Positions 23,327 through 32,373 of a stretch of 38,029 nucleotides of DNA are shown here, in pieces. Location of the stretch: positions 1-38,029 of the IMG/VR virus record IMGVR_UViG_3300042318_000047. One strand, given 5' to 3'. The DNA is from a virus (taxonomy: Duplodnaviria; Caudoviricetes). The notes under the pieces are model-generated. The model did not search any database, was not told the origin of the DNA, and saw nothing but the letters and a program-made list of their open reading frames with translations. The stretch's first letter is position 1. Each line of letters opens with the position of its first letter. Both the position numbers and the translations under genes were made by a program.

Positions 23327-24724
23327 ATGGCAATTTTTGACATTTTCAAGCGTAAAAACACTCAGTCTGAGAGCAATACATTGTTTGGTCAGACTGCTTT
23401 GGGCAATAACATTGTCTATCAAGGCAGTGATAAACGTGCTGGTGTTAACACTCAAATCCTCTATGTAACGACTGCCAGCACAACAACTGCTGGTCGCCCG
23501 GTAGATATGTCTGTGCTGACCAGAAACAGCACAATCATGTCTTGTGTGGGGGTAAAGGCTCGGGCTTTGGCGCAGTTGCCAATTAAGATTTGCTGCGAAA
23601 CGGCAGATGGCAAAACGGTTGATGCAATTAGGGGTGAAGGTGTTGGTGCGCGAGATAAGGCCAAAGCCAAGCAAGTTGCCAAGCTATTGGGTAACCCTAA
23701 CAACTTCCAGAGCAAGTATGAGTTCTGGTATCAGTGGCTTATGTGGTACGAATTGTCTGGTGAAGCCTTTACCTTGTGGTGGAGGAAGGACCAGAACAGT
23801 TCTACAGAGACTCCGCTAGAAATGTATGTGTTGGATTCAACGCTGATTGCCGTGAATATCACGCCTACACGTTATCCAACCTTCCGACTGTCTACGCCTA
23901 GCTATGGTTTCAACAAAGACCATGAGTTCAAGTATTTCCAAGTCATGCACGGCAAGGAAATGGCTTGGCAAGGCTCTGCTGGCTTTAACAAAGCAATTTT
24001 GGCGACTGAATTGGTTGGCCTTGACCAAGACATCGACCTTTACGCCAACTTTGTTATGCAGAACGGTGCAAAGCCTTCAGGCATGTTTGTGACCGACCAA
24101 GTTATTCCTGATGGCAAGTACAAAGAGATTGCAGCCCGTCTGAAAGAGGCGTGGAACAACATGACAGGCAGCAAGACCAGTGACCCAAGCAAGCCGGGTC
24201 AGGGTATGTTGCTGGATCAGGGCATGAAGTATCAGAAACTAGAGATGCTGACTTTGCAAGACACTGACGCTGCTGCTTTGAAGCTACAGACGATGCGCCG
24301 CATCTGTGGGTTGTTTGGTGTGCCGCCTTCTATGATCGGCATCCATGATGGCAAGTTCAACAATAGCCAAACGGCTTTGGATGAGTTCTACAAAACCACC
24401 ATGTACCCAACAATTGTGAACATTCAGCAGAAACTGACGCAGCATTTGCTTGAGGGTTATCCAAGCCTTTGCGTTGAGTTTGACACTAAGGATTTCCTGA
24501 AGGGCGCACCACTGGATCAAATGAACTTTGCTACTGCTGGCGTAAAAGGTGGAATAATGACACCTAACGAAGCCCGTAACTACATGAATTTGCCATCTAT
24601 GGACGGTGGTGATGATTTGGTAAAAGAGCCTGAACCTGCCGAGCCAATTGCAGGTAGCAGCCCCAAAGATACTGGTGGCGGTGGTGGCAATCAGACCAAA
24701 AAGATGAATATAGGCGCGACTTGA
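23327..24724 (+). CDS. Portal protein, HK97 family
   Basis: 'LAQLPI', 'NPNNFQS', 'NGAKPSG', 'ICGLFGVPP', 'TPNEAR...LP'. Confidence 0.95.
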   Translation: MAIFDIFKRKNTQSESNTLFGQTALGNNIVYQGSDKRAGVNTQILYVTTASTTTAGRPVDMSVLTRNSTIMSCVGVKARALAQLPIKICCETADGKTVDAIRGEGVGARDKAKAKQVAKLLGNPNNFQSKYEFWYQWLMWYELSGEAFTLWWRKDQNSSTETPLEMYVLDSTLIAVNITPTRYPTFRLSTPSYGFNKDHEFKYFQVMHGKEMAWQGSAGFNKAILATELVGLDQDIDLYANFVMQNGAKPSGMFVTDQVIPDGKYKEIAARLKEAWNNMTGSKTSDPSKPGQGMLLDQGMKYQKLEMLTLQDTDAAALKLQTMRRICGLFGVPPSMIGIHDGKFNNSQTALDEFYKTTMYPTIVNIQQKLTQHLLEGYPSLCVEFDTKDFLKGAPLDQMNFATAGVKGGIMTPNEARNYMNLPSMDGGDDLVKEPEPAEPIAGSSPKDTGGGGGNQTKKMNIGAT

Positions 24725-24860
24725 TATATCATGCACACTGATACACAATATCTGGTAGCATTAGCCAAACAGGTCAAACGGCCTAAACAGTTGCCTGTAC
24801 TTCTAGGGCAGCGCCCTAAAATACAGGACAATAACCAATCCATTGCTTTAGGGGCAATCA

Positions 24861-25661
24861 ATGAAGACATTGAATCTTATCTGCGAAGCCAAGCTGAACT
24901 TGGACGAGAAATCGCACAACGGCGAACCGTCTGGACAGATTGAGGCTCGCATTACGACTTGGGGCGCACGGGAAGGCGCTGATGGTCGCAAGTTCTTTTA
25001 TAAGCCAGAAGGCTTTATGCAATGGGCCAAAGAGTTTGCCGAAATGGGCCGACCACTTCCCATGTATGTTAACCACAATGCTGACGCTATCCCCGTAGGA
25101 GAGTGGACAAGCATTGAGATGGATGACGATGGCATGAATGCTTCTGGTCGCCTGTATCTCAACACCACAACTGGCTCTGATCTTTACCAAGTGATGAAGG
25201 AATCTCCCAATATGTTTGGCGGTGTTTCTGTTGGCGCTTATGCTGAAGAATATCAGTGGGTTAAAAAAGATGGCGAAGCAATGACCATTGGTTCTGATGA
25301 CCCATATGAGTCTGGTTATTTTCAAATCACCAAAGGTGGTCTGCGTGAAACTAGCGTGGTAATGCACCCAAATAACATGGCAGCAGAAATCAAAAAGTTG
25401 GAATATTTCCGACCTGATGGCTCTGCTGATTTGAAAGTATTGGAAGAAGCCTTGCGGGATGCAGGTCTGTCCAAGCAGATGTCGGTTGCCGCCGCATCTG
25501 TATTCAAGACGGTAATTGAACAGCGTGATGCTGTTGAAGTGCCTATTGAAACTGCGCCAAACCAGAGTGATTCTGATGCGGAGGCAACCGAAGCAGAAAT
25601 TCTTGCTGCTCTTGAGCAACGTGAACTTCTGAAACTCCTTGATAAACGACTTAAAGGTTAA
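24861..25661 (+). CDS. Prohead protease, HK97 type
   Basis: 'PMYVNH...PVGEW', 'GVSVG', 'LRETSVV..P.N..A', 'LEEALRDAGLS'. Confidence 0.92.
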   Translation: MKTLNLICEAKLNLDEKSHNGEPSGQIEARITTWGAREGADGRKFFYKPEGFMQWAKEFAEMGRPLPMYVNHNADAIPVGEWTSIEMDDDGMNASGRLYLNTTTGSDLYQVMKESPNMFGGVSVGAYAEEYQWVKKDGEAMTIGSDDPYESGYFQITKGGLRETSVVMHPNNMAAEIKKLEYFRPDGSADLKVLEEALRDAGLSKQMSVAAASVFKTVIEQRDAVEVPIETAPNQSDSDAEATEAEILAALEQRELLKLLDKRLKG

Positions 25662-25664
25662 ATC

Positions 25665-27014
25665 ATGTCCCAAGTTATCCTCGAAAAACTGGATGCTATC
25701 GAAGCTAAACAAGCCGAAAGCATCACTGCTGTAGAAGCCAAAATCCCTGCTGCTGTTGAGGCTGTTAAAGCTGAATTCAGCGAGATGGTTTCTGCTCTAG
25801 AAGCCAAAGTTGCTTCTATCAATATGCCTGAGTTCATTCGCACACCCGCTAAGACTGTTCGCCAAGATGTGAACCGTTCGGTGCGTGAGCAACTGGCTAC
25901 TTTCTACAAAGGCAACAACCGTTTGGAAAAAGAACTGCAAATCTTTGCAGACGAAGCCCAAATGGATGCGTACCTGAAAGAAGCCTCTGCCTTGACCGCT
26001 GGCGGTGATGGCAAGGGTGGTCGTACTGGCTACGATCCAGTGTTTGCTGCTCTGCGTTTGGCTAACCCCATGCGTGGTCTGTCGCGCACTGTGGCTACCG
26101 ATGGTTCTAGCTATCAATTCCGTGTCAAAACTGGCAATGCTGGTGTGGCATGGGGCTATACGATCCAGAACAACGGCTCGACCACAACTGAAGACACAAG
26201 CATCTGGCAATTGGTTCTGCAAGACTTGAACGTGCAGTTCCCAATCCGTACTGCTGCTTTGGATGACGTTGACGGTCTGGAAGCCAACGTGGTTGACGAT
26301 ATGCTGGCTGAGTTTGCTCAAGCCGAAGCCTTGTCGATGATCCAGAACAACGACCAAGCTGCTCAGTCGGGTACTAACCCCTACGGTGGAACTAACGGTT
26401 TGCGCGGCCTTGATAGTTACGGTGGTTCTAACGCCACTTACACTGGTGGCACAACTTCTGTTGCTGCTTTTGGCACTTCTGGCACTGGTTCTTCAAGCGG
26501 TCTGCACTCGCTGGCTACTTATGACCAGTTGACCTCTAACGTCAACACTGTTGGTTTGAACAACATTGTTTACAAAGATGTTATTAACACTGTCTACGCC
26601 TTGCCACAGCAGTATTGGACTCCTAACACCAAGTTCATGGTCAGCCCAATCTTGGCTCAAGCCATCCGTGGTCTGCAAGACACCAATGGTCGTCCGATCT
26701 TCAACTCTATGGAGTCGTTGAACCCTGATGGCATTATTGGTCAAATGCTTGGCTTTGACGTTGTGATGAACAAGTATCTGGACACTCCTAGCCAAACTAC
26801 AGCGGGTTCTGCTGGCACAACTAGCCTGTACCCAATGTACTTTGGTGATTGGAGCCGTAGTCACACAATCATTGATCGTTTGAACATGGTTATGCGCCGC
26901 TACGACCAGACGCTGCCCGGTTTTATCACCTTCTTTGGTGAGAAGCGTTTGGCAACTTCTGTACGCGACCCGAATGCCCTTATTCGGTATCGTTCAACAG
27001 CTACAGCTACCTGA
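25665..27014 (+). CDS. Major capsid protein 1, HK97 fold with N-terminal delta (scaffold) domain
   Basis: ~106-aa helical N-terminus, then capsid core ('LQDTNGRPI', 'LGFDV', 'YFGDW', 'EKRL'). Confidence 0.93.
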   Translation: MSQVILEKLDAIEAKQAESITAVEAKIPAAVEAVKAEFSEMVSALEAKVASINMPEFIRTPAKTVRQDVNRSVREQLATFYKGNNRLEKELQIFADEAQMDAYLKEASALTAGGDGKGGRTGYDPVFAALRLANPMRGLSRTVATDGSSYQFRVKTGNAGVAWGYTIQNNGSTTTEDTSIWQLVLQDLNVQFPIRTAALDDVDGLEANVVDDMLAEFAQAEALSMIQNNDQAAQSGTNPYGGTNGLRGLDSYGGSNATYTGGTTSVAAFGTSGTGSSSGLHSLATYDQLTSNVNTVGLNNIVYKDVINTVYALPQQYWTPNTKFMVSPILAQAIRGLQDTNGRPIFNSMESLNPDGIIGQMLGFDVVMNKYLDTPSQTTAGSAGTTSLYPMYFGDWSRSHTIIDRLNMVMRRYDQTLPGFITFFGEKRLATSVRDPNALIRYRSTATAT

Positions 27015-27020
27015 TAAATC

Positions 27021-27047
27021 GGAGGGGCGTAAATGCCCCTCCTTTTT
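27021..27047 (+). terminator. Intrinsic terminator between the two capsid genes
   Basis: GGAGGGGCG-TAAA-TGCCCCTCC followed by TTTTT. Confidence 0.85.
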
Positions 27048-27070
27048 GTGCCAATAATTTAGGAACTGAT

Positions 27071-28114
27071 ATGACCATTACCGAACGCATCCTGTCTGGA
27101 ATTAAGCAAACATTGGAAACTGGCGATAAAGTCACGATTGACTTGCGCGAGGCATCTGCTATCACTGGTTCAGGCTTGAATATCGGTGGTCGCACTTACT
27201 TTGATGACGCATTTGCTACTTTGCGATATGCAAACCCGTTTCGTCTAGGCGCACGAAACATTAAAGTACCCGGTAATTCCGCTGTTCAGTTTGTTGCCAA
27301 AACTGGTAACGCTGCCAACAGCACAAACCCTTGGGGCTACACAATTAACCCCAACAGCGGTTCACCCAACATTGACACTAGCATTTGGCAATTGCCCACC
27401 CGTGTCATTACCGCACAAATGCCAATTCGTTCTGCTGTGCTGTCTGATGTTAATGGTCTGCAAGCCGAATTGGTTGAAGACCTGATGATGGAATTTGCTC
27501 AATTGGAAGGCGCATCGTGCGGCCTCAACAACGACCAAGCAGGTTCAACAACTACAGCTACAGGTGGCACTGATGGTTTGCGTGGCCTGAACAGCTACCC
27601 CGGCGCTGCTGGCGCTGCTGCTGCTTTTGGAACAAGCGGTACAGCCATCACTAATGGTCGCCACACAATCAGGACTGTTGGCTACAACAACACTGGTGGC
27701 CTTGAAGCAGAAGTTTTGTCAGCAATGGCAAATGCTTTGCCAGCGCAATACTGGTCACTGCCGGGTACTGCTTGGATGATGCACCCAACAGCCATTCAAA
27801 CTTTGCGAGACTATGCTCACGGTGGCTCTGGTTATTCTTTTGTAGAAACAGGTTCTGCTGAAGCAGGTTCGTTGCTGCATGTGTATGGATTTCCTGTGAT
27901 TCCTAACCCATATTTGGACGCAACTGCTACTGTTGGCTGCAAGTCGATGTATCTTGCCAACTGGCCTCGTTTTATGACGATTGCCGATGTGGAAGAAATG
28001 ACCATTCAGGCTTTTGAACAAACTGCGCCCGGTTTTACGACCATGTACGCTGAAAAGCGTATGGTAAGCACAGTGCGTGATGTTTTTGCTGGTGTTCGTT
28101 CTATCGAGACTTAA
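27071..28114 (+). CDS. Capsid protein 2, HK97-fold paralogue lacking most of the delta domain
   Basis: Colinear with MCP1: EASAITG..GGRT, LRYANP, KTGNA, DTSIWQL, NNDQA, GLRGL, ALPAQYW, EKR...VRD. Confidence 0.9.
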   Translation: MTITERILSGIKQTLETGDKVTIDLREASAITGSGLNIGGRTYFDDAFATLRYANPFRLGARNIKVPGNSAVQFVAKTGNAANSTNPWGYTINPNSGSPNIDTSIWQLPTRVITAQMPIRSAVLSDVNGLQAELVEDLMMEFAQLEGASCGLNNDQAGSTTTATGGTDGLRGLNSYPGAAGAAAAFGTSGTAITNGRHTIRTVGYNNTGGLEAEVLSAMANALPAQYWSLPGTAWMMHPTAIQTLRDYAHGGSGYSFVETGSAEAGSLLHVYGFPVIPNPYLDATATVGCKSMYLANWPRFMTIADVEEMTIQAFEQTAPGFTTMYAEKRMVSTVRDVFAGVRSIET

Positions 28115-28116
28115 AA

Positions 28117-28788
28117 ATGAGCGTTGATAACTATCAATACGCTGCGCCTTTTGGCGCTCAGACGCGCAATCCGTTTAACTATGTAAAGGTTGAACAGATT
28201 GGGCGTGATAGTTCGACAGCATGGTTGACGCTTGATGAAATGACCAACCAACTGAACTTGTTTGATGATGTCAGTCAAGATTCATACATTTCAAGCCTTG
28301 GAATCGCCACTAGACAAGCGATTGAAGATTACTTGGGCATGTCTATCCTTCCAGTAACTTATCGCGTCTGGTACGGCTCTGAAAGCCTTGTTGCGTCACC
28401 TATCAGTCTTGATCTTCCTCAAGTCAGCCAAAACGTCACGCCAAATCAACCCGGTTTGACAATAAACTTGGTTGGCTATTGGAACGATGCTTTTCCACCA
28501 GTGTTTCAAACCATTGCCAACACCAACTACTTTTATGATGCTTCTGGCAACAAAGTAGTGGTTAACAATCTGCCGACAAACGTCAATACAGTGATGACTG
28601 CGCCGATCATTGTGGAATACTCAACTGTGGCAAACCCATTGGCGGCTTATCCTGTGATTAAACAAGCTGGTTTGTTGTTGCTAACGCACTTGTACAACAA
28701 CCGTGCAAATGCAACAGAAACAAAGCTAAAAGACATTCCGTTTGGCGTGACAACGCTTTTAAGATTGTACAAACCCCTCATCATGTGA
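28117..28788 (+). CDS. Head-tail connector (gp6/gp15-like adaptor)
   Basis: 'LTLDEM..QL', 'IEDYLG', 'IKQAGLLLLTHLYNNR', 'IPFGV..LL'. Confidence 0.88.
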   Translation: MSVDNYQYAAPFGAQTRNPFNYVKVEQIGRDSSTAWLTLDEMTNQLNLFDDVSQDSYISSLGIATRQAIEDYLGMSILPVTYRVWYGSESLVASPISLDLPQVSQNVTPNQPGLTINLVGYWNDAFPPVFQTIANTNYFYDASGNKVVVNNLPTNVNTVMTAPIIVEYSTVANPLAAYPVIKQAGLLLLTHLYNNRANATETKLKDIPFGVTTLLRLYKPLIM

Positions 28789-28795
28789 GTAAGAA

Positions 28796-29140
28796 ATGGC
28801 AATTGCTCGTTTTGAAAACATCAACGTCAACAACCTGACTTTTACTAAGTCAGATTTTGGTGAGTCTGCTACTGTTCAGGCATTGTGGTTTGCAACTCGG
28901 GCAAGAGTGGCTTCAGTAGCAAACAGCCTCAAGATTGCAGACAAATATCGTTTGTATCAAGACATGGTTAATTTCACGGTCAATTACACAAGAAACACAA
29001 AATTGATGGTGGCTAATCAAAATCTGTATTCGATTACATATCGTGGGCAAGATTGGCGTATTGATAGTGCGCGGGAATCTGATGATCGTATGACAGTTAT
29101 GTTTCTGTGCTATCGCTCTGATCCAGTTACGGCGGTCTAA
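28796..29140 (+). CDS. Head closure / head-tail joining protein
   Basis: Position and 'SDFGE', 'ITYRGQDWRI' pattern. Confidence 0.75.
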   Translation: MAIARFENINVNNLTFTKSDFGESATVQALWFATRARVASVANSLKIADKYRLYQDMVNFTVNYTRNTKLMVANQNLYSITYRGQDWRIDSARESDDRMTVMFLCYRSDPVTAV

Positions 29141-29559
29141 TGGCAACTCAACTAAACCCTGTTGTTTACGGCAAAGCTATCCAGTACCAATTGGCTAACA
29201 TTGTCACGCCTGTGCCTGTGTATGCGTCTTTTAACCGCAACTTTGCCACTCAGCCTAAGTTTATTACTTGGATGCTGAGAAACGTGCATCAGCCTGTATA
29301 TACGGGAACACAGCAAAGCAACAAAGGTATTGACCGTCCTGTATTCCAGATTTCTATTTTCACTCAACAGATTGAAGATGGATTTACAATATCGAATCAG
29401 ATTCTGCAAGCCTTGCACGGGTATAGCGGCATCTTGGGCAGTCCAGCAGAAGGCTTTTACATATCTAAAGCCGATGTTATGTGGCTGTACAACAGTTACA
29501 ACGATGAGGAAAAGATGGCGCAAATCTTTTTAGATTGCACCATTGACATCCCGGCGTAA
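29140..29559 (+). CDS. Tail terminator / completion protein
   Basis: 'PKFITW', 'FQISIF', 'ILQALHGY'; directly before the tail tube genes. Confidence 0.75.
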   Translation: MATQLNPVVYGKAIQYQLANIVTPVPVYASFNRNFATQPKFITWMLRNVHQPVYTGTQQSNKGIDRPVFQISIFTQQIEDGFTISNQILQALHGYSGILGSPAEGFYISKADVMWLYNSYNDEEKMAQIFLDCTIDIPA

Positions 29560-29596
29560 AACAAGACAATTGTTCAACTTTTGAAGGATACTCAAA

Positions 29597-30091
29597 ATGG
29601 CTTTACCAAACAAAGTTCTTCCCGGTTTTAGCGCGGCTCTGTACGCACAGCCCGGAGCCACACCTACTCCTTTGACTACTGCTCAGTTGTCCTTGGTTGC
29701 AAGCGTTGGCCCATTGGCTGTTATTGGCAACTTGATTCCTGTCGAGGCAATCCCTGCTTTCGGTATGGATGATGCTGTTGCCAGTTTCGGCGTGGCTGGT
29801 TCGCGTCAATCTGACAAGATTCCGGTTCAGGCGGCTCCTACATCCATGACCATCACGGCTGCATGGAACCCTGCTGACACCAACTTGTTGCTGATGCGTG
29901 CTGATGCCTATTCTGGCGTCATTGACCGCACTTTCATTGTCTCGGCTACCGAGGGTGCAAACATCGTTTATTACGCCTTTAACGGGCGTGTAGGCCAGTT
30001 CCAAGTAGATTCGGCTCCCGGTGCAGAAGCCAAGGCTACATTTACCATCCATCCCCGTGGCAATCAGTACGGTTGGTCTAACAACGCTTAA
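29597..30091 (+). CDS. Major tail (tube) protein, paralogue 1
   Basis: Position, size and beta-rich pattern 'PTSMTIT..W.P', 'AFNGRV', 'FTI'; GAAGGA RBS. Confidence 0.8.
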   Translation: MALPNKVLPGFSAALYAQPGATPTPLTTAQLSLVASVGPLAVIGNLIPVEAIPAFGMDDAVASFGVAGSRQSDKIPVQAAPTSMTITAAWNPADTNLLLMRADAYSGVIDRTFIVSATEGANIVYYAFNGRVGQFQVDSAPGAEAKATFTIHPRGNQYGWSNNA

Positions 30092-30100
30092 GGAGTCATC

Positions 30101-30619
30101 ATGGCTATCCCTGCAAAAGTTCTTCCCGGTTTTGCCGCATCGTTGTGGATGCAATCGGCTGCTACTCCAACTCCATTGACAACCGCTAACTTGTCTGTGT
30201 GGGTTGCTCAAGTAACCACTATCGTGGGCACTTCAGCCAACGGTACTGGCGGTGCTGGTGTTGCTGTGCCTGTTGAAGCAATCCCTGCCTTTGGCATGGA
30301 TGATGCGGTGGCAAGTTTCGGTGTTGCTGGCTCCCGTCAAAGCGACAAGATTCCTGTGCAAGCGGCTCCTACAAGCATGACCATTACTGCTGCTTGGAAC
30401 CCGTCTGACGCAGCCTTGTTGCAGATTCGTGCTGACGCTTACTCTGGTGTTGTTGACCGTACTTTCGTGGTTGCAGCAGTTGAAAGCACAAACACTGTTG
30501 CTTATGCGTTTAACGGTCGTGTTGGTCAATTCCAAATTGACTCTGCACCCGGCGCTGAAGCCAAATGCACATTTACTATTCATCCACGGGGCAACCAGTA
30601 CGGCTGGTCGAACAACTGA
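30101..30619 (+). CDS. Major tail (tube) protein, paralogue 2
   Basis: Shares a 45-aa identical block with paralogue 1; AAGGAG RBS. Confidence 0.8.
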   Translation: MAIPAKVLPGFAASLWMQSAATPTPLTTANLSVWVAQVTTIVGTSANGTGGAGVAVPVEAIPAFGMDDAVASFGVAGSRQSDKIPVQAAPTSMTITAAWNPSDAALLQIRADAYSGVVDRTFVVAAVESTNTVAYAFNGRVGQFQIDSAPGAEAKCTFTIHPRGNQYGWSNN

Positions 30620-30831
30620 TGAAAGTCTCTGACGCAATCGAAGCAATTGTGACCAGCTACGGCGACATTAATCTTGTTGCCCGTGGCATGGTGGTGGATG
30701 CTGCGGAGCTTGCCAAGGCCACAGCCAAACCTGACACAGCAGAAGCCATTGCTTTGGCTTTGCTAAAGAAGTACAACGTGACTGCTCCCGTAGTGGTCAT
30801 TGAAGAAGTCCCTCCAGACACAACAGAGTAA
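30619..30831 (+). CDS. Small hypothetical protein in the tail module
   Basis: TGATG coupling; start reassigned to MKVSDAI. Confidence 0.65.
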   Translation: MKVSDAIEAIVTSYGDINLVARGMVVDAAELAKATAKPDTAEAIALALLKKYNVTAPVVVIEEVPPDTTE

Positions 30832-30837
30832 AAAGAT

Positions 30838-31059
30838 ATGATAGTAAAAGACAGTAATGACCTTCTAAACTTCCTTGTAGCCCAATCCGATTCTTCAAAG
30901 AATTGGTTTGGGTTTCAACAACAGAGAATCACGGCGATTGCTCTTGCACATGACATTGCAAGGTATCACGCTGATAAGATGACTCCTGACGAGGTGGTGG
31001 ATTACGCCATCAGCGTCAATGAGTCGATTTACCACAAGATCATTAAAGCCACACGATAA
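30838..31059 (+). CDS. Small hypothetical protein in the tail module
   Basis: Fills the gap in the operon. Confidence 0.65.
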   Translation: MIVKDSNDLLNFLVAQSDSSKNWFGFQQQRITAIALAHDIARYHADKMTPDEVVDYAISVNESIYHKIIKATR

Positions 31060-31062
31060 ACC

Positions 31063-31515
31063 ATGACAAAACTTACATCTGCCTTTGGCGAAATCCCCAA
31101 TTTGCGTACCAAGTCTTTTGAGCTTGCTGGATACAACTTCAAGGTTCGTGTTCCGCTGACAAAAGAGCTTGATGCTATGCAAGAGCGCATTGAGAAGTTT
31201 GACCAAGCCGAATTCCAAAAACGCTTTGACAAGATGACTTCATCTTTCCGCACTGGCACTATTGATGGTGTTGTAGTGACGGAGGACGATGTGGTTATTG
31301 AAGGTCGGTCTACCAAAGAACTGGTGCAAACCATCTTGCAGATGGAAAACCGAATGGTCGAGTACATCAGGCTGTTGGTTCCTGTAAATGGGACGCTTGA
31401 TGAAATTACTTATGAAGACATTGAAGCTGAGTGGCCTACTGCTGTTCAGTTGGAAGTCCTTGCCAAAATCTCTGAGGCAATTCAGCCCGGTTACAAGGAC
31501 TCTCGAAAAAACTAA
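31063..31515 (+). CDS. Tail assembly chaperone (gpG-like)
   Basis: Between tube and tape-measure genes; ends in the slippery sequence A AAA AAC just before TAA. Confidence 0.8.
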   Translation: MTKLTSAFGEIPNLRTKSFELAGYNFKVRVPLTKELDAMQERIEKFDQAEFQKRFDKMTSSFRTGTIDGVVVTEDDVVIEGRSTKELVQTILQMENRMVEYIRLLVPVNGTLDEITYEDIEAEWPTAVQLEVLAKISEAIQPGYKDSRKN

Positions 31516-31856
31516 TCTGGGACATTCACCTTCAAGCCAGAGCGTATGTTTACGCTCATGGTGGGTGTCCTGATGATGTTCCTGTAGACGATATGCGGAA
31601 TATCGAGATTATGTTGTCGGATGGTATGTTGGGAAACAAAGCTATTTTGCTGGCTTTGAGTTCCTTGACCACAGGCAACTTAAACTCGAAAATACAAAAG
31701 ACAACAAGACCGTTTACGATGAAAGATGTTCTTCCATCAACGCACGAATACATTGTCCCGCCGCTGACAAAGGAACAACAGCAAGAGCAAGCCAGCAAGC
31801 AATTGATGGCATTCTTGGCTACTAGACCGGGTTCGGAGGCTTACCTGAAAGAGTAG
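31506..31856 (+). CDS. -1 frameshift extension of the chaperone (gpGT-like); slippery site 31506-31512
   Basis: The -1 frame is open from 31512 (LIWDIHLQARAY...) and joins the 31593 ORF in frame. Confidence 0.8.
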   Translation, partial: KKLIWDIHLQARAYVYAHGGCPDDVPVDDMRNIEIMLSDGMLGNKAILLALSSLTTGNLNSKIQKTTRPFTMKDVLPSTHEYIVPPLTKEQQQEQASKQLMAFLATRPGSEAYLKE

Positions 31857-31857
31857 C

Positions 31858-32373
31858 ATGGCTCAACACATTGATACGCAAGGCTTTGAAGGCAAGGACA
31901 TGAAGTTCCAGCTTTCAGGCTTTGCTGAGTTTGAGCAGCAAATCATTGACCTTGCCAATGGATTCAAGATGGATGTGGTGCTCAAGCAAACGCTTGCCAA
32001 GGCCGCTGAGGAGTCCATGCAGAGCGTTTATTACGCCGCCCTAGCCTATGCCCCCTACGACAACGAAAAGCCTCGTAGCGACTACAGCCCGTTTCACATG
32101 AGGGATACCCTCAAACTGAAGTCGCGGCTAACAACTCCTAACGACAGAGATGCGCCTAGCATTGGCGAGAATTCTGTTGTTCTGGCAATTGTCTCTGTTA
32201 AAAAGAGTGCTGTTTCATTGGCTCAAGAATACGGCACATCTAAAATACCTGCACGACCATTTTTGCGTCCAGCATTGCAATATGGGGCCACAACTGTCAT
32301 CAATGATTTGAAAAACAGTCTTGGTAAAATAATTCCAGAATACGCGCAGAAACTCGCTAGAAAGAGGAAGTAA
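31858..32373 (+). CDS. HK97 gp10-like tail/neck component
   Basis: 'QEYGTSKIPARPFLRPAL'. Confidence 0.85.
   Translation: MAQHIDTQGFEGKDMKFQLSGFAEFEQQIIDLANGFKMDVVLKQTLAKAAEESMQSVYYAALAYAPYDNEKPRSDYSPFHMRDTLKLKSRLTTPNDRDAPSIGENSVVLAIVSVKKSAVSLAQEYGTSKIPARPFLRPALQYGATTVINDLKNSLGKIIPEYAQKLARKRK

Noticed and set aside
24731-24943. 70-aa ORF between portal and protease
   Set aside because: No RBS, overlaps the protease start by 83 nt, and the region contains a TAAAAT promoter-like element; not excluded but unsupported.
24858-30646. Long antisense ORFs (24858..25712, 25797..26357, 29603..30211, 30233..30646)
   Set aside because: Shadow frames of strongly codon-biased structural genes; their mutual similarity mirrors the tail-tube duplication.
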